64,000 nt of DNA from Eledone cirrhosa. Lineage: Eukaryota. Of the stretch, positions 1 to 14,900 are shown piece by piece. The notes under the pieces were generated by a model. The model saw only the letters and a program-made list of their open reading frames with translations, was not told the DNA's origin and made no database searches. A program made the position numbers and the translations under genes. Location of the stretch: positions 150,784,001 through 150,848,000 of the forward strand of contig OZ024743.1 in assembly GCA_964016885.1 (NCBI GenBank). Reading direction: 5' to 3'. Position 1 is the stretch's first letter, and every line of letters starts with the position of its first letter.

Positions 1-1084
1 CATTAACTCAAGTATTATTAACAAAAAAAGGATGTTATGCAGTGGGTACATTTATTTTTTGTGTGTAATAATAAATGCTACGTTAAATGATAAACACTTC
101 GTGAATGCATAATTGTCTTGTATCTAAGGAACACACAAAATGTCATCATGTCTCAGATAAAAAGGTATAGCAAGAAATGTTGCTAGCTTGAAATACCAAG
201 TGGAGTACATGAATCTGAATCAATATGACAATAAAAGATAGTCATTTTGACAAACGTGGATTCAGAAAGAATTTGTAAATTCTTCACAGAGCTCAAATTT
301 TCATCATGTTTTTATTACACACTGTTATGTGGCCGAAAAATTCTAGTATATTCTATTTGTGAATAAAGGAACTGGTTTTAAAATTTAGATATAAGAATTG
401 ACATGTCATATATTAAATGAAAACCATAAATCATAGTTACAAATATAAAGAGAATCTGTTCAATGGACAGGTGTGTCTAAAAATCAAATGTACATGTGAC
501 AATGCAAAACCATTTCCTACTGTGTCCAAAAGTAAGGTACTCTTGGGTCTCAAATAATTGCTCACCCCACCCCACTTATTAATTTTGCTAATCAATCTCC
601 GGTGACATTTTATTTTAAGTGGTATCATTCCTGCAGCAATTAATTTTCTTTAGACATTAAAAAAACATTATACATGACAAAAACAGAACATTACAAGAAA
701 TCCCATATGTTATAAAATAAATAGGATGAGTTGGATCTCAATATGTAAATTAAAAGACTAATTCTGGCTGTTAAAAAAATCAAGGGAGACAACCTAGAAC
801 AACTATCGATTTTCGCCCCACCCCCACAACCATGCCTGCTTATTCTCCCCACTATTATTTGGGATCTGAGAGTACCCTATGACTAAATCAAAGATGAAAT
901 ATACATGGTTGAAATGCCTCTGATCATAAGCTGGCTTGGTTAGAGATGACTTGAGACTAAACAAATATATATTTGTATATGTTTTATCACAGCTACGCTT
1001 CATTAAAATGTAAATGTTATAATGGATTTAAAGCATAATATAGTGTTATCCGCTATACTCAATTTAAAGTGAAGCTCATTTAAA

Positions 1085-2432
1085 CACAATATCTGGGAAA
1101 AGTATTACAGATGCCCTCTTCTTTGTGAGACAACTACAAGAGAGGTTCTTAGAGAAGAATAAGCCGCTGTATTTAGCTTTTGTTGACCTAGAGAAGGCCT
1201 TTGATAGAGTACCCCGTTCTGTCATCTGGTGATCCCTAAGGAAACTAGTTGTAGAGGAATGGCTTGTGTACAGAAGAGCTGTCAGTAAAGTGAGAGTAGG
1301 AATGACAAGTAGTTGTTCATCAGGTTTCGGTCCTCAGTCCACTCTTGTTCATTATAGTTCTCCAAGCCATAATAGAGGAGTTTAAGACTGGCTACCCATG
1401 GGAACTTCTCTATGCTGATGATCTGGTACTTATAGGAGCCAGAGAATAAATTCTGGCTATGGAAACAGCAGTTGGAATCAAGAGGACTGAGAGTGAACCT
1501 AGCAAAGACTAAAGTGTTGATAAGTAGGAAGCGTCCCACCCTTGCAAGCAGGGAAAAGCGGACGTAAAATGATGATGATGATGATGATGATGAAAGAGGA
1601 AAAAACTCTGATTCCATCAAGGAAATGGCCATGTTTGATATGTAGAAAAGGTGTTGGCATAAACTCTATAGAATGCACACAATGAAGATCTTGTGTGCAC
1701 AAGAGATATAGTGGGATAGAAGACAAACTAACTGGAAGGGAAAACTTCATATGTGGTAGATGTTCAGGGAAATTTGATAGTAGAAATATCAGTGATAGGC
1801 ACTTTTTTCGAAAGCAGGTAGGATCTATAGAGGTGGTGGATAGCTTCCAATACCTAGGTGATCAGATTAGCAAGGGAGGAGGGTGCTCTGAGGCCATAGT
1901 ATCTAGAATAAGGACAGGATATAAGAAGTGTAGGGAGCTGCTTCCTCTGTTGACAACAAAGGGTTTCTTCCTATTAACAAAAGGTCAGTTATATGATGCC
2001 TGTGTGAGATGCACAATGCTGCATGGTAGTGAAACATGGGCAGCAACTGCAGAGGATATGCAACAGCTGGAGAGAAATGAAGCAAGCATGCTCTGATGGA
2101 TGTGCAATGTCAATGTGCATGAATGACCAAGCATAGACAAGTTGAGCGTGAAACTGTGTATAAGAGGGATAAACTGTAGTGTGCAGGAGAGAAGACTGCA
2201 TTGATATGGCCATGTAATGCGCATGGATGACCGCTGGGTAAAGAAGTGCTTGAAATCCCAGTGGAAGTAAGATGCAGAAGTGGAAGACCTCGAAAATCAT
2301 GGGCGGAGGTGGTGAGAGCTGACCTCAGATCGCTGAAGCTCACAGAGATGACAAGGAACTGTGACGAATGGAGAGATGATATGCTGAAGAAGACCCATCC
2401 CACCCGTGCAAGCAGGGAAAAGTGGACGTAAA

Positions 2433-2476
<44 letters not shown>
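1085..2476 (+). mobile_element. 5'-truncated, decayed RTE-clade LINE (RT C-terminal half and 3' end with (GAT)n tail)
   Basis: Broken frames give FVDLEKAFDRVPR, LLYADDL, FQYLGD and TMLHGSETW (ORF 1695-2096) and GRPRKSW (ORF 2246-2431). It ends in gcaagcagggaaaagtggacgtaaaa(tga)n. Confidence 0.9.
1531..1592 (+). repeat. Isolated RTE 3'-tail unit with (GAT)n, inserted into the RTE coding region
   Basis: cgtcccacccttgcaagcagggaaaagcggacgtaaaa(tga)n interrupts the VLISRK/EEKTLIPSRKWPC frame. The same unit occurs at about 24999-25058. Confidence 0.75.
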
Positions 2477-4455
2477 CTGTATTTTTTGCTAATAAAATAT
2501 TTTAAAATGTTTCTCTCAATTATTTTTCCTTGTAATAAGAGTGAATAGGATGCATTTTAAAAATTTGAAATTTTACACTTTTGCAGTAAGCAATTTTTAT
2601 TGAGATATCATTCCACATAATTCACCTCCGAATTAAAAGTGAAACATTTTGAGTATATACATTAAAGCAAAGATGATTTTACCTTTGATCAGAGGCCTCA
2701 AAAAATTACTTTAGTAAGTTTTAATTCACAATTATAAGACAGACATCAGATATTAATAATAAATTCCAACATTCAAACTGAAATGGGTTGCTCATGTAAC
2801 CTAAGATATAATTTAAAAAAATGATACGTCTTCAAATATAATACAAGATATTTTCGAAAATTAGGTGTTCATTTAACAATAATTTTATTGAATCAATTCG
2901 AATAGATGTAATTATAAATCTTCAATTATAATTTTTATACTTTATTTCTTATTTCAAATTATAGCTGTGACAGCAAAACTTATGTGATAAACACATGACA
3001 TTGCAAATAAGTTTTTCAAACTTTCAAACTTTTGTATTTGGAAAGAGAATCTATGAAGGAATGGCAGAATATGAAATGAGAAATTACTGAAATTTATGAA
3101 ATTCTAAAAGCAAGAAATGTTTTTATTGAGAATATCCTTGTTATTATAAATTAAACATGTTGAAATTCTTCTGTCATTGCTTTTTCTTGTTAATAGTTTC
3201 AAAGCCACTGTAAAAGCAATCTATCTTTTATTACTCACATTTCTCAGAATTTTCTCTTATTTAATCTAGTCTTTGTTTAATTTTAGTTTTCCTATTCATG
3301 TTATATGTTTTAGGTATTTTTCCTTCTCATTTTGGAAATTTTGTCATCCTGCCTGAAAGTAAATTAGCAAATTACAAACTTGTTCTGTAAAAACTTATAT
3401 TCTCTACATCCAATATTCATTATTATCTATTTTATATATGTGTAGAAATGTAGAAATATAGGTATATGTATTTTTGTTTTATCAAATATGCTAAACAATT
3501 ATTTACAAATGTTTAGAACAAAGGAAACTTACATAATATAAGTATTTCTCACAAGGAAAGCAAAATTACTCAGCAAAAATCCAATACCTTGTCTATGCCA
3601 TCATACAGACAATTAGAAATTTCATTCTTTCAGAGTACATCATACTGTTTATTATTTAGATATTAAACACCACAGAAAACCTGCTGGGTTATATTTAAGA
3701 AGATAATATCTGTTGATATATAGCCAATATGTTTTTAGTTTTAAGTCATTTTCCATATACTTTAAAATCAATTGGGAAATTATTTTTTAAAAATTCCACA
3801 ATATATGTATATATAATCTAAATTTATAAATACAGACATGAATTGAATGTTTTATAAAATAGTAAGAGAAATTAGAACAATAGAAAATAAGAACATAATC
3901 TATTGTAATGACTTTAGGAATTGATGAAATGATGTTAAATTTAAGAAAAATTAATTTAGAAAAATAGCAATTTTACAATGAAGAATTTTCTTATGAAATC
4001 CCATAGAATTTCAATATTAGGAACAAGTAAATTAAAATTGCCACCAACTATATTTGCCAAGGATTATAATTTACGTTCTTTAAAAATAAAATGTAGATTT
4101 CTAAGTATGATAATATATTTCACCAACAAAAGAATTCAATGTATTTTTGTAAATAAAGGAAGAGAAAGCAGGTTCAGTTTTGATTTGCAGCTGGCATATT
4201 TGTTTCTCATACGATCTATTAATGGTTAAGGAGAGATACTCTATAGCCATAGAACTGTACCACTAATATATTTTCCGACCCTTGATTACCAAATATCTAA
4301 TAAATAAAAGAATACAAAAAACATATCTACTGCTAAATTATTAAATAATTGCTAGGAGAAAATTATTGTATTTAATGTATATAATATTGTATTTAATTGT
4401 ATATAAAACGAAAATCCGTCCAAACCCATGCAAGCGTGGAATATGGACGTTAAAC

Positions 4456-4488
<33 letters not shown>

Positions 4489-4569
4489 ATTCTAAAAGTA
4501 AAAAAACAAATTACATAAAAATACATTGGTTCAAAATTTAGAAGCTAAAATGTTTACTCTTTTATTTTT

Positions 4570-5169
4570 TTTACTGGTTTCAGCCATTGGATTGTGGCCA
4601 TGCATGGGTACCACCTTCAAGGGTTAGATAGATCATATCAATCCCAGTCATCATCATCATCATCATCACCGTTTTACATCCGTTCTTCCATGCTAGCATG
4701 GGTTAGACGGATTGTCCTGTTGTGGGCAGTGTCTGGTCAGCTGACCATGCCTTGCTCATACAGGAACTGATCTGGCTTGATTTCTACAGCTGGATGCCCT
4801 TCTTAACACCAACCTCATTTACAGTGAGTGCTGGGTGCTTTTCCATGGCGCCTACACGTCCACTTTACAGTGTGGGCTGGGTGCTTTTTTGCCGTGGCAC
4901 CTCCACGACCACCTTGCAGTGGGAGGGTGTAGGGGCATATTGTCTATATGCTTCAGCTTGTAGCCATGGGAGGTCGGGTACTCTGTATTACTGCGTGACG
5001 CCAGAGGTCACGGTCGTGTGTCATCACCTTTGAGAGGTTTCAATCTGGTACTTATTTTATTCATCTGTATTTGTTAAAGTTATGGCATGTAAAAGGACAC
5101 AACATGAATACCATCAGTTAATAAAACTGGTGTAAACATTGACTCAGACCGATACACATTTACGCATAT

Positions 5170-5209
<40 letters not shown>

Positions 5210-5330
5210 GATAGGCTTCTGTATAATATCTCTGCCCATGAACCTTGCATTTCATCTCCTCATATATTGTGACACCAGCCTGGGGCAGGTATGTGTGGCA
5301 CCTGTTTTCTCATATTATCCTCAGTTTTAA
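4570..5330 (-). mobile_element. Old tRNA-type SINE with internal (CA)n, interrupted by an RTE 3' fragment (about 4648-5040)
   Basis: Resembles the reverse complement of the SINE at 16345-16630. The insert starts with (TCA)n and the RTE tail and contains the common 3'UTR motif ttctacagctggatgcccttc. Confidence 0.6.
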
Positions 5331-5407
5331 AGGCAAAGTACCTATTTCCACATACCCACACCATTTTTTAGTCAATGAAGTAGACATGCTGGACATTAAG
5401 AAGAAGA

Positions 5408-5427
5408 AGTGGTGGTGGTGGTGGTGA

Positions 5428-5488
<61 letters not shown>
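5408..5488. repeat. (GGT)n/(TAG)n compound microsatellite
   Basis: Read directly from the sequence. Confidence 0.95.
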
Positions 5489-5873
5489 CTTTATATAGTC
5501 ATGGTAGAGAAAGATACTAAAAAGTATGTGATAATTCATGTACCATATTCTTGCTGACCATGATTTGAAAGAAAAATGCTTCCAAAATTTAGGGAATTAC
5601 TATGAACTCCACCTGGCACTATCCAGGCTGTAGAATAAAAATCCAAGAGTCATCCCTTTCATGATTGGCAAACTGAGATATGTACTAAATGATTTACACA
5701 CATACCTTCACCAGCTTGGAATCAGGTGTAGCATAAATATGCTTCAACAAAGTGTGTTGTTGAAAAGAGTAAATATCCTTTAATGTTCTAACAATGGAAT
5801 GAACATGTCCAGAATGTTCCATTGGCCGGTCAGATGATAATTTGATAGGTACTACTATCAGTGAAAACATCTA

Positions 5874-6073
5874 CAAGGGTAGGCTGAAAAGTTCATAGGC
5901 TGATTATGAAGGAGTGATGCTAGAGCTGTGAAGCCTTGCATGCATTAATTTCAACTCTTCTTGTTAATAATTGTATTGTTTCGTTCTAGGAGCTATGTTG
6001 AAAAATAAACCTCATTTGGTCATTCCATGAGAGTATCTTGGTCAGCCTATGAACTTTTCAGTTGACCCCCCCA
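5874..6073. mobile_element. Tc1/mariner-type MITE
   Basis: TIRs gggtaggctgaaaagttcataggctga and tcagcctatgaacttttcagttgaccc. TA flanks both sides, it is about 200 bp, and it has no ORF. Confidence 0.75.
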
Positions 6074-6917
6074 TAAACTGAAAAAGAATCGAATAATAAT
6101 GGTTTCTAATTTATGTACAAGGCCAGCTATTTAGGGAAAGGGAAAAGTTGAGTATAATGACCCCAGTACTTGCCTGGTACTATATTTTATCGACTCCAGA
6201 AGTATGAAATGAAGGCTGAAAGAAGTGTGTATGAAGGATGACAGCTGAAGAAGTAACAAGCGATCAACTAGAGGGTGGAATGTACAGACGCAAAAGACCA
6301 AGAAAGACATCAGAAACGAAGAGGGATAATTTAAAGAGGCTGAATTTTGCAAAGCAGATAGATAAGAAAAGACAAATTGTGAGTTATTGTATTAGGGATG
6401 ACTCATCCAACCCATACAAGTATGGGAAAATGGATGTAAACAGATGATAATGATGATGTTGATGATGTTGATGATGGTGATGGTGATGATGTCGGTGATG
6501 GTGATGATGACGAATCTAGTGTGTCAAATAACAATAAAACAATCAATATTTGCCAGTTCACATAATAAAAGTGTTAACTTCACTTTCATTCATCACTGAT
6601 AAATGAAAGTTTCCATCATCATCATCGTCATCCTTTTATGTGCTTTCCATGCTTACTTTGAAATAATCAATTGCTGATGATATTTTTGTTGTGGAGTTTA
6701 TTGTTTTTATATTTTCATTGCATCTCAAGAAATACTCAGGTAAAAGAAAGATTTGTTTTGGTAATATTGGTTAATGTAAGTGCAGTTTCTCATTGAAAAT
6801 AACTACATCCCGAAAGAATACTTGTGATTCCCTAAAAGATATATGTGGGGTAATTAGAAGAATAAGACACCATATATGACAAAATATTTCTCTAGTAAAG
6901 CAATAACACACTTCAGC

Positions 6918-7600
6918 TCATCATCATCGTCATTTTACATCTATTTTGCCATATGTGCATGGTCTGAACAGGTCTTTTCCAGTACAACCACCCTCCACTT
7001 GTTGTGTTCCTTTGTCATCTCCTCTGTGAGGTTCAGAATTTTGAGATCAGCTCTCACCTCTTCTTCCCAGACCTTTCTCAGTCTTTCCCTACTGCAGCTT
7101 CATTTCACAAGGAACTCTAGGCAATTCTTCACACAATTACTATAATCCATACACATATATCCACACCAGTACAATCTCCTCACTTGCACACTACAACTGA
7201 TTCCTCTTATGCCCAATTTTTCTTTCAGCTCATCCATGCTTCATTGTTCACACACTCTAATATTATTCATCCATTATAGCATGCTCAGTTTCTGTATAGC
7301 CTTCACATGTATTCTGCATTCACTGCAAGTGTTTCCCTACCACACAAATAACAATTCACATGCATTCCATGGACTTTTCCACACAATTCTTATTCTAGCT
7401 ACAATGCTCCCAGAGCAATGTCTTCTACTACTATTTAGGCCACTAAGGTAAAAAAAAGTTATCAATTACATCTATGGTGTCTTCCCAGGATTAGAACATT
7501 TTTATTTCAGTGGTGCTCTTACTATTAACTATCTCTGAGTATCTATCTTTTCTGTTAGCCTGCTTGCTATACCCCTACATCTTTTGTGCACCATATTTTA
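6918..7600 (-). mobile_element. Old RTE LINE 3' fragment
   Basis: (TCA)n tail at the left end; reverse-complement similarity to 1700-2440. Confidence 0.7.
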
Positions 7601-7612
7601 TTTTATATCCAT

Positions 7613-7735
7613 TATAATAATAATAATGAAATTATTGTGTACAGTGCTCAGGTGCACTACAACTCATCAAAGGTGCATGTATAGTACATAGAATAATGTA
7701 CAAATGTCAGGAAAATGAACAGCGTATGAGTCATG

Positions 7736-7768
<33 letters not shown>

Positions 7769-9280
7769 AATATTGTGTACAGTGCCCAGGTGCACTACAA
7801 CTCATCAAAAAGTGCATGTACAGTACATAGGGCAATGCACAAACATCAGTAAAATGAACAGTGCACGAGTCATGATACACACGTGTGCATGTGTATGGAA
7901 GGGGTACATCAGGTGTAGTTTTGGCGTATTTCGGGAAGCATGAGTGTCTTAAAGGATGCAGTGTCTCGGCAGCTAACAACTGACGCAGGCAGTTTGTTCA
8001 ATGCTTCAGCAACTCTGAACGTGAAAAAATGTCTACGAAAGTCATGGGAGCTGTGCTGTTTTCTGATTTTGTAGGCATGTCCACGTGTTTTAGTCACATG
8101 GAGATCAAAAAGGTGCTCAGGGTTGCAATTGGCGAGATGGTTAATAACTTTGTGGGTATTCACCAAGTCCATTGCCAGACATCGGAGCTTCAATGAATCC
8201 ATGCCCAGGGAAGCAAGGCGTTCAGAGTATGGTAGGTGTCTGATGGAGGGTATGCGCTTGGTTGCATGTCTCTGAACAGTTTCCAGGAGGTCAATGTTCT
8301 GAGCAAGATAGGGGTTCCAGACTGATGATGCGAATTCCAAGTGTGGTCGTACCATAGCTGTATACAGTTTTAAATAGATGGCTGGAGAGCGGCTAACAAA
8401 GGTCTTGCTGAGTGATGCCAAGACACCCTCGGCCTTCTTGACAATCTTAGAGACATGCTTTGTCCAACGCAAATCACTGCTGACAGTAATGCCCAGGTCA
8501 CGTTCACAAGAGGACTTCTTGATATCAGTGTTGTGGAGGGAGTATGTGGATGCTGGATTTTTCCTTCCAGAATGCATGGTGGTACACTTGTCCACAGCCA
8601 GCTTCAGTTGCCAGTCTGTTATCCATTGCTGCATTGTGTCCAGGTCTGATTGTAGGGAAGAGTTGTAAATTTCAGGATCAGTCCTTTTGATTTCAAGGTA
8701 CAGCTTGATGTCATATGCATATTTCAGTACCGTGGCATTCTGTAAGTTGGCATCTATGTCATTAATATATGCCACAAACAAAAGGGGACCAAGAACAGAT
8801 CCATGACATCTCATATGGTGAAGAATGCTGTCCTAGAACCGTGACTACTTCTTTTCGGCTGAGAATGAAGGATTTCAACCAGTCGAAAAGATCATCCCTC
8901 ACACCCATTGCAGAGAGTTTTGCCATAAGTCTTTTGTGTGGCACAGAATTAAAAGCCTTAGCAAAGTCAAGGTAAACAACATCCACCCATGAGCCGCTGT
9001 CAGTGATCCGGGTGATGTCTTCAAGGAACTCGATAAGCTGATCACAGCAGCTGGAGTTAGGGATAAATCCAAACTGTGAGGGCCGGATGAGGCTGTGAAA
9101 GCTCCAGAAGTTCCAAAGTGTTTCTCTGACACAGGATTCCATCAGTTTGGGCATGCAGCTAGTAAGACTGACTGGACGATAGTTGACAGGTGACATGCGG
9201 TTGCCCTTTTTGAACAGGGGAATGACACTGGCAGTTTTCCACTGCTCCGGAGTAGCACCATGGTTGAGACAGTATTGTAG
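7613..9280 (-). mobile_element. 5'-truncated CR1-group LINE (RT and 3'UTR) with a tandemly duplicated 3' end and (TTA)n tails
   Basis: ORFs 8762-9196 (NYRPVSLTS, VDVVYLDFAKAFNSVPH) and 7909-8814 (GSVLGPLLF, KYAYDIK for YADD, ERDLGI, RPHLEFASSVWNP, TRGH). Segment 7613-7736 repeats 7755-7877. Confidence 0.92.
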
Positions 9281-9869
9281 AGTTCCTACCTACTACTTGT
9301 AGCGTAACCATTTCCCTGGTGATATCTGAGCCTGGTTTTCTTTCATACTTACTAATACTTTAGTCTGTACTAAGTTTCATTTGAACTCTTTTGATTCACA
9401 CACCTCCTTAGATTTACCTCCTTATACCTAGCTTCACCAAGAGGTCCTTCAGTAACTCACAAGTTGTCATGTAGTAGCTTCAAATAGTCCTCCATATCAT
9501 ACGTATCTATCTCCTCCTTTCTTTCATCATAAGCATTATTTAGAACCCTTCTGAACCTATATTTAAGAGAGAGCTCCTTTAGCTAATATATCTGCCTTCG
9601 CTAGATTTTCCTGATTTTGTCTAGTTCTTAATCTGATGTCACTAATAATTAGTTTGGGAAAATATTTAGTATTTATAATCATTTATTTATCTATCCTGTT
9701 TCCTTATGAGCAAGAAGTCAATCTGGCTTGTGAAGTTGCCTGCTTAGTAGGTGATCAAGTGGCTGGACAGTTTCCTGAAATTATTGTTGCAAATAGTTTG
9801 GTCATTGACATCACAGTATTCTAGGAGACTTGAACCCTCTTCATTTATTGAGCCATATCTATAACAATC

Positions 9870-10030
9870 AAGAGGGGAATTGGCAAGGGTATTAGAGCGT
9901 TGGATAGAATGCTTTGCGGTATTTGTTCCAGTTTTCTGCTCTCTGAGTTGAAATTCCACCGAAGTCAACTTTTCTTTTCACCAATTTGAGGCCAATAAAA
10001 AAGTACTAGTCTAGTACTGAGGCCGATTCT
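9870..10030 (+). mobile_element. tRNA-derived SINE with a Nin/Deu-like central domain (decayed)
   Basis: A-box-like tggcaagggtattag, B-box-like gagttgaaattcc, then gtcaacttttcttttcacc...ataaaaaagtactag. Same family as 20160-20470 and 53250-53440. Confidence 0.6.
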
Positions 10031-10370
10031 TCCTCTATATCTCTTTCTCACTTTCCCCCTCTCTCTCTCTTTCTATCCTTCTCTGGAAGAAATCCACTAT
10101 GTTTAGACCTGGAGAGAGATGGGCTTTGCCAGGCTTAAAATGCCCAAGAAAGACCGTTGGTCAGTACAGTGACCCTACGACTCCCTTGGGAGTTATGGGA
10201 CCATACTATACCATACCATCCATAGCAATCATGCACTACAAAGTAGCTATCCTGGTGCTGCATAACATGCCCATTGAAGTTTCTAGCCAGTTTGAAGTCA
10301 CTGTCAACTGTAATTGAAGTTATCTTTTAGATGCCTTTATAGAAGTGGTCCTTTGATAAATGTCCTTTAA

Positions 10371-10590
10371 CCCTTTAGCATTTGCATTACTCTATATTTA
10401 CTATTGTATTTTCATGGTAAAGACTTTCCCTCACATAATTATCTCACATAATATTGAATCTATGAGATTTTGATATTATTTATTTTGAGAGGAAAACTTT
10501 AACAAAGTATAAGTGGTCGGTTACAGCCAGTTTGAACAGAAAGAGGTGAGAGAATTCTGGCCGGATATGGCTGGTTTAAATGCTAAAGGG
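10371..10590. mobile_element. piggyBac-type MITE
   Basis: TTAA at 10367-10370 and 10591-10594 flanks perfect 13-bp TIRs ccctttagcattt / aaatgctaaaggg. Confidence 0.85.
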
Positions 10591-13439
10591 TTAAGTGCTA
10601 CGATAAAATACATCCTGTACAGTCTTTAACATGGTTGGTGATAGGAAGGATATCAGCTCCAGAAACCATGCCAAAAAGGGATGAGAGGAATAATCATCTG
10701 TATTAAGGATACAGCAATCTCTTTAGTTTTAGTGACACAATAAAACACTCGGTACAGTCTATAATGTAGTTGGTAATATGGCATCCAGCCATAGAAAACC
10801 TACCAAACCAAGGGTCAAGATGACTCTTCAGTTGTTTTAAATAAATGACAACCTCCATGGTGCTGATGCTACAATAAAATACACCTGGCATCTACTGTAG
10901 AGTGTAGAAGCATATGTAAGTGAGATGTAGTTTCTGACCAGGTCAGTAGCTCCAATTAAGTACTGATTTTGTTAATGATGCCCAATCCAACCCTTGCAAG
11001 CAGGAAAAAGGGATGTTAAATGGTGATGATAATGATCATCACTACTTATGACTATTCTGAGTTTCATAATTCTGTCATATACTCTAACTATCTCAATTAA
11101 CGTATATATCCATGTATGTCTCAGCTTGTAGAATACCTATTCCAGCTACCCCATCAATATCATTTCATACTCAGAAGAGTTTATGTCTGTGCTTTTTACT
11201 CCTTATTAGTCTGGCTGAAATTCTTGACCATCTCACTTTTTGTACACAACACACATCTAATTATCTCCACTCCAGCATCTTCATAATTTCAAATATTCTA
11301 CCTTTCATTGAACTATCATGAAGAATAGCAGCCCTGAAATGCATTACCTTACAGCATGGGGAAACCCAGAGATTATTAGGTCATCTTTTGATCACTACTT
11401 TCTGTACAATTAAAGGTCTCTTGCACAAGATTAGGTTAGCCACTCTACTATCATGTGCAGCACTCATATGATTTGTCAAGGTCCTGTATACGCAATTAGT
11501 GTTTAAATTTTAAATTGAGTGAAATATGGTTTTGAATAAAAATCCATATATCTAAAAGCTAATATATGTACACTTATGCATTGATACAAATATGCACATG
11601 AGCAAACACTTGTACAATTAAAGCAATTAAAATTCATTTGCCATTCTTCTCACTTATGAAATAAATTAATATTATATACTTAAAGCTAGCTATGCAAATG
11701 TTAATAGGCAATTCCTTACAAATTATACCTTTGTCCAGATAATATTGTTTTAGTTTAATAACAAGGAACCTCTAGCTATAGTCAATTCTACTCAAAAGCA
11801 GTTATGAAAAGTTGTTGTTTTGTATATTCTAAATCAAACAACTGTCTTAGTACAAAAATACTAAAGTCACTGTGCTAAAAATTATTTTTAAGTCAAGTTT
11901 TCTACACAAGAAAAATGTAATTATCAGTTTAAGAAAGTTTTTCAAAAATAATTTATTGGAAAAAGAATATTTCTATTAGTATTTATATTTTGTTGACATA
12001 GTTTCTCCAAACTTTCTAATTCAATAGAATTTCTAAAAAGAGAATATCGACTGATTTTAACCCCATTTATATTTCTTGTAATCTATTCTCACCTGTATTT
12101 TTTGCCATTTTATCCGATTTTTAATTTACAGAATGCACAGTTTGTCAATAAGAAATGTATCTATCCTTTTTTCCTGTTTTTTTTTTTAAATAAATATATA
12201 TCATTGCTAGCCATTCTGTAGAGTATATTTATAACATATTTATTCAATTTACGTTTCTCAAAATTGTCTATTTTGTTTTCTAAAGCTAACAATATGTTAG
12301 CTTTCTTTCAAAATTATACTTTCCTCATATTGCTTATCTAATTAAACCCCATTGCATCCCTAAAATAGATTTTCCACATAGAAATAAAATATTTTCCATT
12401 TGAATTCTAAAAGAAGATTCATTTAAAAAATGAAATATGTTGGAGTCAGAAAATATTTTAGAGGCAATACCTAGTCAAAAGAAATAATCATTAGCTAATA
12501 TATCGTTTTTCTAATTTCATTGTCTGTGTGAAATTTTAATGTTGTATATATACATGTATCTAGTACAGTTTTAAATTCATTCAAATAAATGCAAAACAAC
12601 TTGTTCATTTGTTTTCTTTGTTGTTTTAGGTCTATTATCTATGGTCATTAATACTTTTTATAGATTCTTACTATATGTTAAATCTTCAGTAAAACCATTA
12701 ATAAAATAAAGAAAATACATTTAGATTATATTTGAAAAATAAAATAGTCAAAATATTGGAAAAATATATATGTTTATTTTAGAAATTTAGAATAAAAAAC
12801 ACAATTAATTAATAAAATCTAAATAGATCACTTTATATTGAATTCATAAATGCTCAAAAGAATTTGATTCTTACAATGCTTAATTTTTATTTAATTTCTT
12901 CATCTAGCTATTTACAAGCATTGTTTGGCTTTACAGTCATTAACTGATTACAAATAGCTTACTACATTTTATCATTATTATTTTTATTCATGAGTATGCT
13001 ATTTTTCAAATCTCTGTTATGAATATTTCCAATATATTTCTTATAAGATAAGGAGCTGAGGCCTATAAATTTTGTTCAGCTTATTGATCAATTTAACCAT
13101 GTCTTCTTTAAGCTATAATAATACCATTAATTATGGAAAAGAAAAAAATTCAAAATTGCTTTTTATGTTATCAACCAGAAAAACAAAATTCACATTCTTG
13201 ATTCTAAGAATCCACAAAAAATTTGCATTTAAAAATGTTTAGACATCATAATCATAGTTTTAATATTTTTCAAGTTTGGTTTGTGGTTATCATGGTAAAG
13301 GCTGTTCTTGGTGTTCAGTAGCTATCAAGACCTATGACAAAGATATCTGAAAGCTACATTTCTAGTAGAAATTATCATCTCTTTAATGGGAATTTATCTT
13401 ATATTTACTTGCTTAAAACGAGTAGTTTCCATTTTAGAG

Positions 13440-14900
13440 ACGACAACAACTAGTCTAAGAATGAGTTAGAAGAAATTTCATGGAGGTATTATCTTTGCTG
13501 ATAACAAAGAGCTTCTCTTTCAGGGTGAAGGGTAAACTGTAAGGTGCTTGCATGCAAACTGTGATGCTACATGGCAGTGAGACATGGGCTTTGATTGCTA
13601 GAAATAAATGGAGCAAGTATGCTCCAGTAAATGTATAATATTAGTGTGCAAGGATAACATAGCATAAATGAGTTGAGAGAAAAACTAAATATACAAAATG
13701 AATATGATGCAATGTCTAAGAGAAAATATAATGCTGGTACAGACATGTCATGCATATGGAAGATGATGGCTATATAAAGAAGTGCAGTGCATTCATAGTG
13801 GATGGGACTTGGAAAAGGAGTATGCCTAAGAAGACATGGAATGAAATGATTAAAATTGACCTCAAGATGTTAAACCTCATAGTAGATATGACAAAGGGCT
13901 GCAATTACTGGGAACATGTGGTGCAGCAAATTACTCACTCACCAGTATAAGAAAAGAAGCATATATCCTCCTCACCTATCTTTTGTTTCCTCAATTGCTA
14001 TATAGTGAGGTGTGACATTTGGCTTGTCCATACTCAATCCTTCTACTATCATTCATTATTATTATTCTTATCATCATTATCACTGTACCTCTCCCAACAC
14101 CTATCTTCTACCCCTCGTCTATCTCCTACCTGACGGCTTTACCATGAGTTTATGTGACTATCCTGCCTACAAAAAGTGCTTTGACCAACACGTTTTTTCC
14201 TCCATGTTTCTTGGATGTCATCCCAGTTGATCCAACCTTTGCTCTCCCCTTTTTATCCCCCTTTTGCAGTTGTCTATTCAACTTCCTATCACCAACCAAT
14301 CATGTAGATTCTATTCACTCTCTATGCTATTAATCTCTAAAATATCATCACATCACTGACTTCCCTAACCAAACTCATCATACACTTTTGTTCCCTTTAA
14401 CCCTCACTTATATCTCACTCTCAAACATATTATCCTTGAAACAATTATCCTTGAAACAAACATATTATTCTTGAAACAAGCCAGCCAACCTCGATATTGT
14501 TGGTGCCACTGTAAAATTAACTCAGTACATTCCATGAAGGAACTGACAACCTCTCTAGTCCCATTTGCACAATGAAATGCACCAATTACACTCTGAAAAG
14601 TACTTGGCATAAGTAATACCATCCAGTCATAGAATCTATGCTGAAAAAGGATAGAGGGGAATCTTTGGTCACGTCAAGGACATGACAACCTCCTTAGTGC
14701 TAGCACCACAATAAAATGCACCCAGTATACTCTGAAGAGTGATCGTCATTTGGAAGAACATGAAACAGTAGAAACCATGCCAAAACTGGAATTTTATGTA
14801 AATGAGATGTAGTTTCCCAACCCCTCTAGAAAGACAATAGCTCTAATTAAGTACTGGCTTGGTTTGTAACAACCCATCAGCATAGAAAACAACTATGCCA
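13440..14900 (+). mobile_element. Old RTE LINE 3' fragment with 3'UTR
   Basis: ORF 13750-13950 (GYIKKC...PKKTWNEMIKIDLK) is homologous to the RTE C-terminus. Boundaries are approximate. Confidence 0.6.

Noticed and set aside
5700-5790. Possible minus-strand exon ending AAG|gtatgt
   Set aside because: Weak acceptor, embedded among repeats, and an unrecognised peptide.
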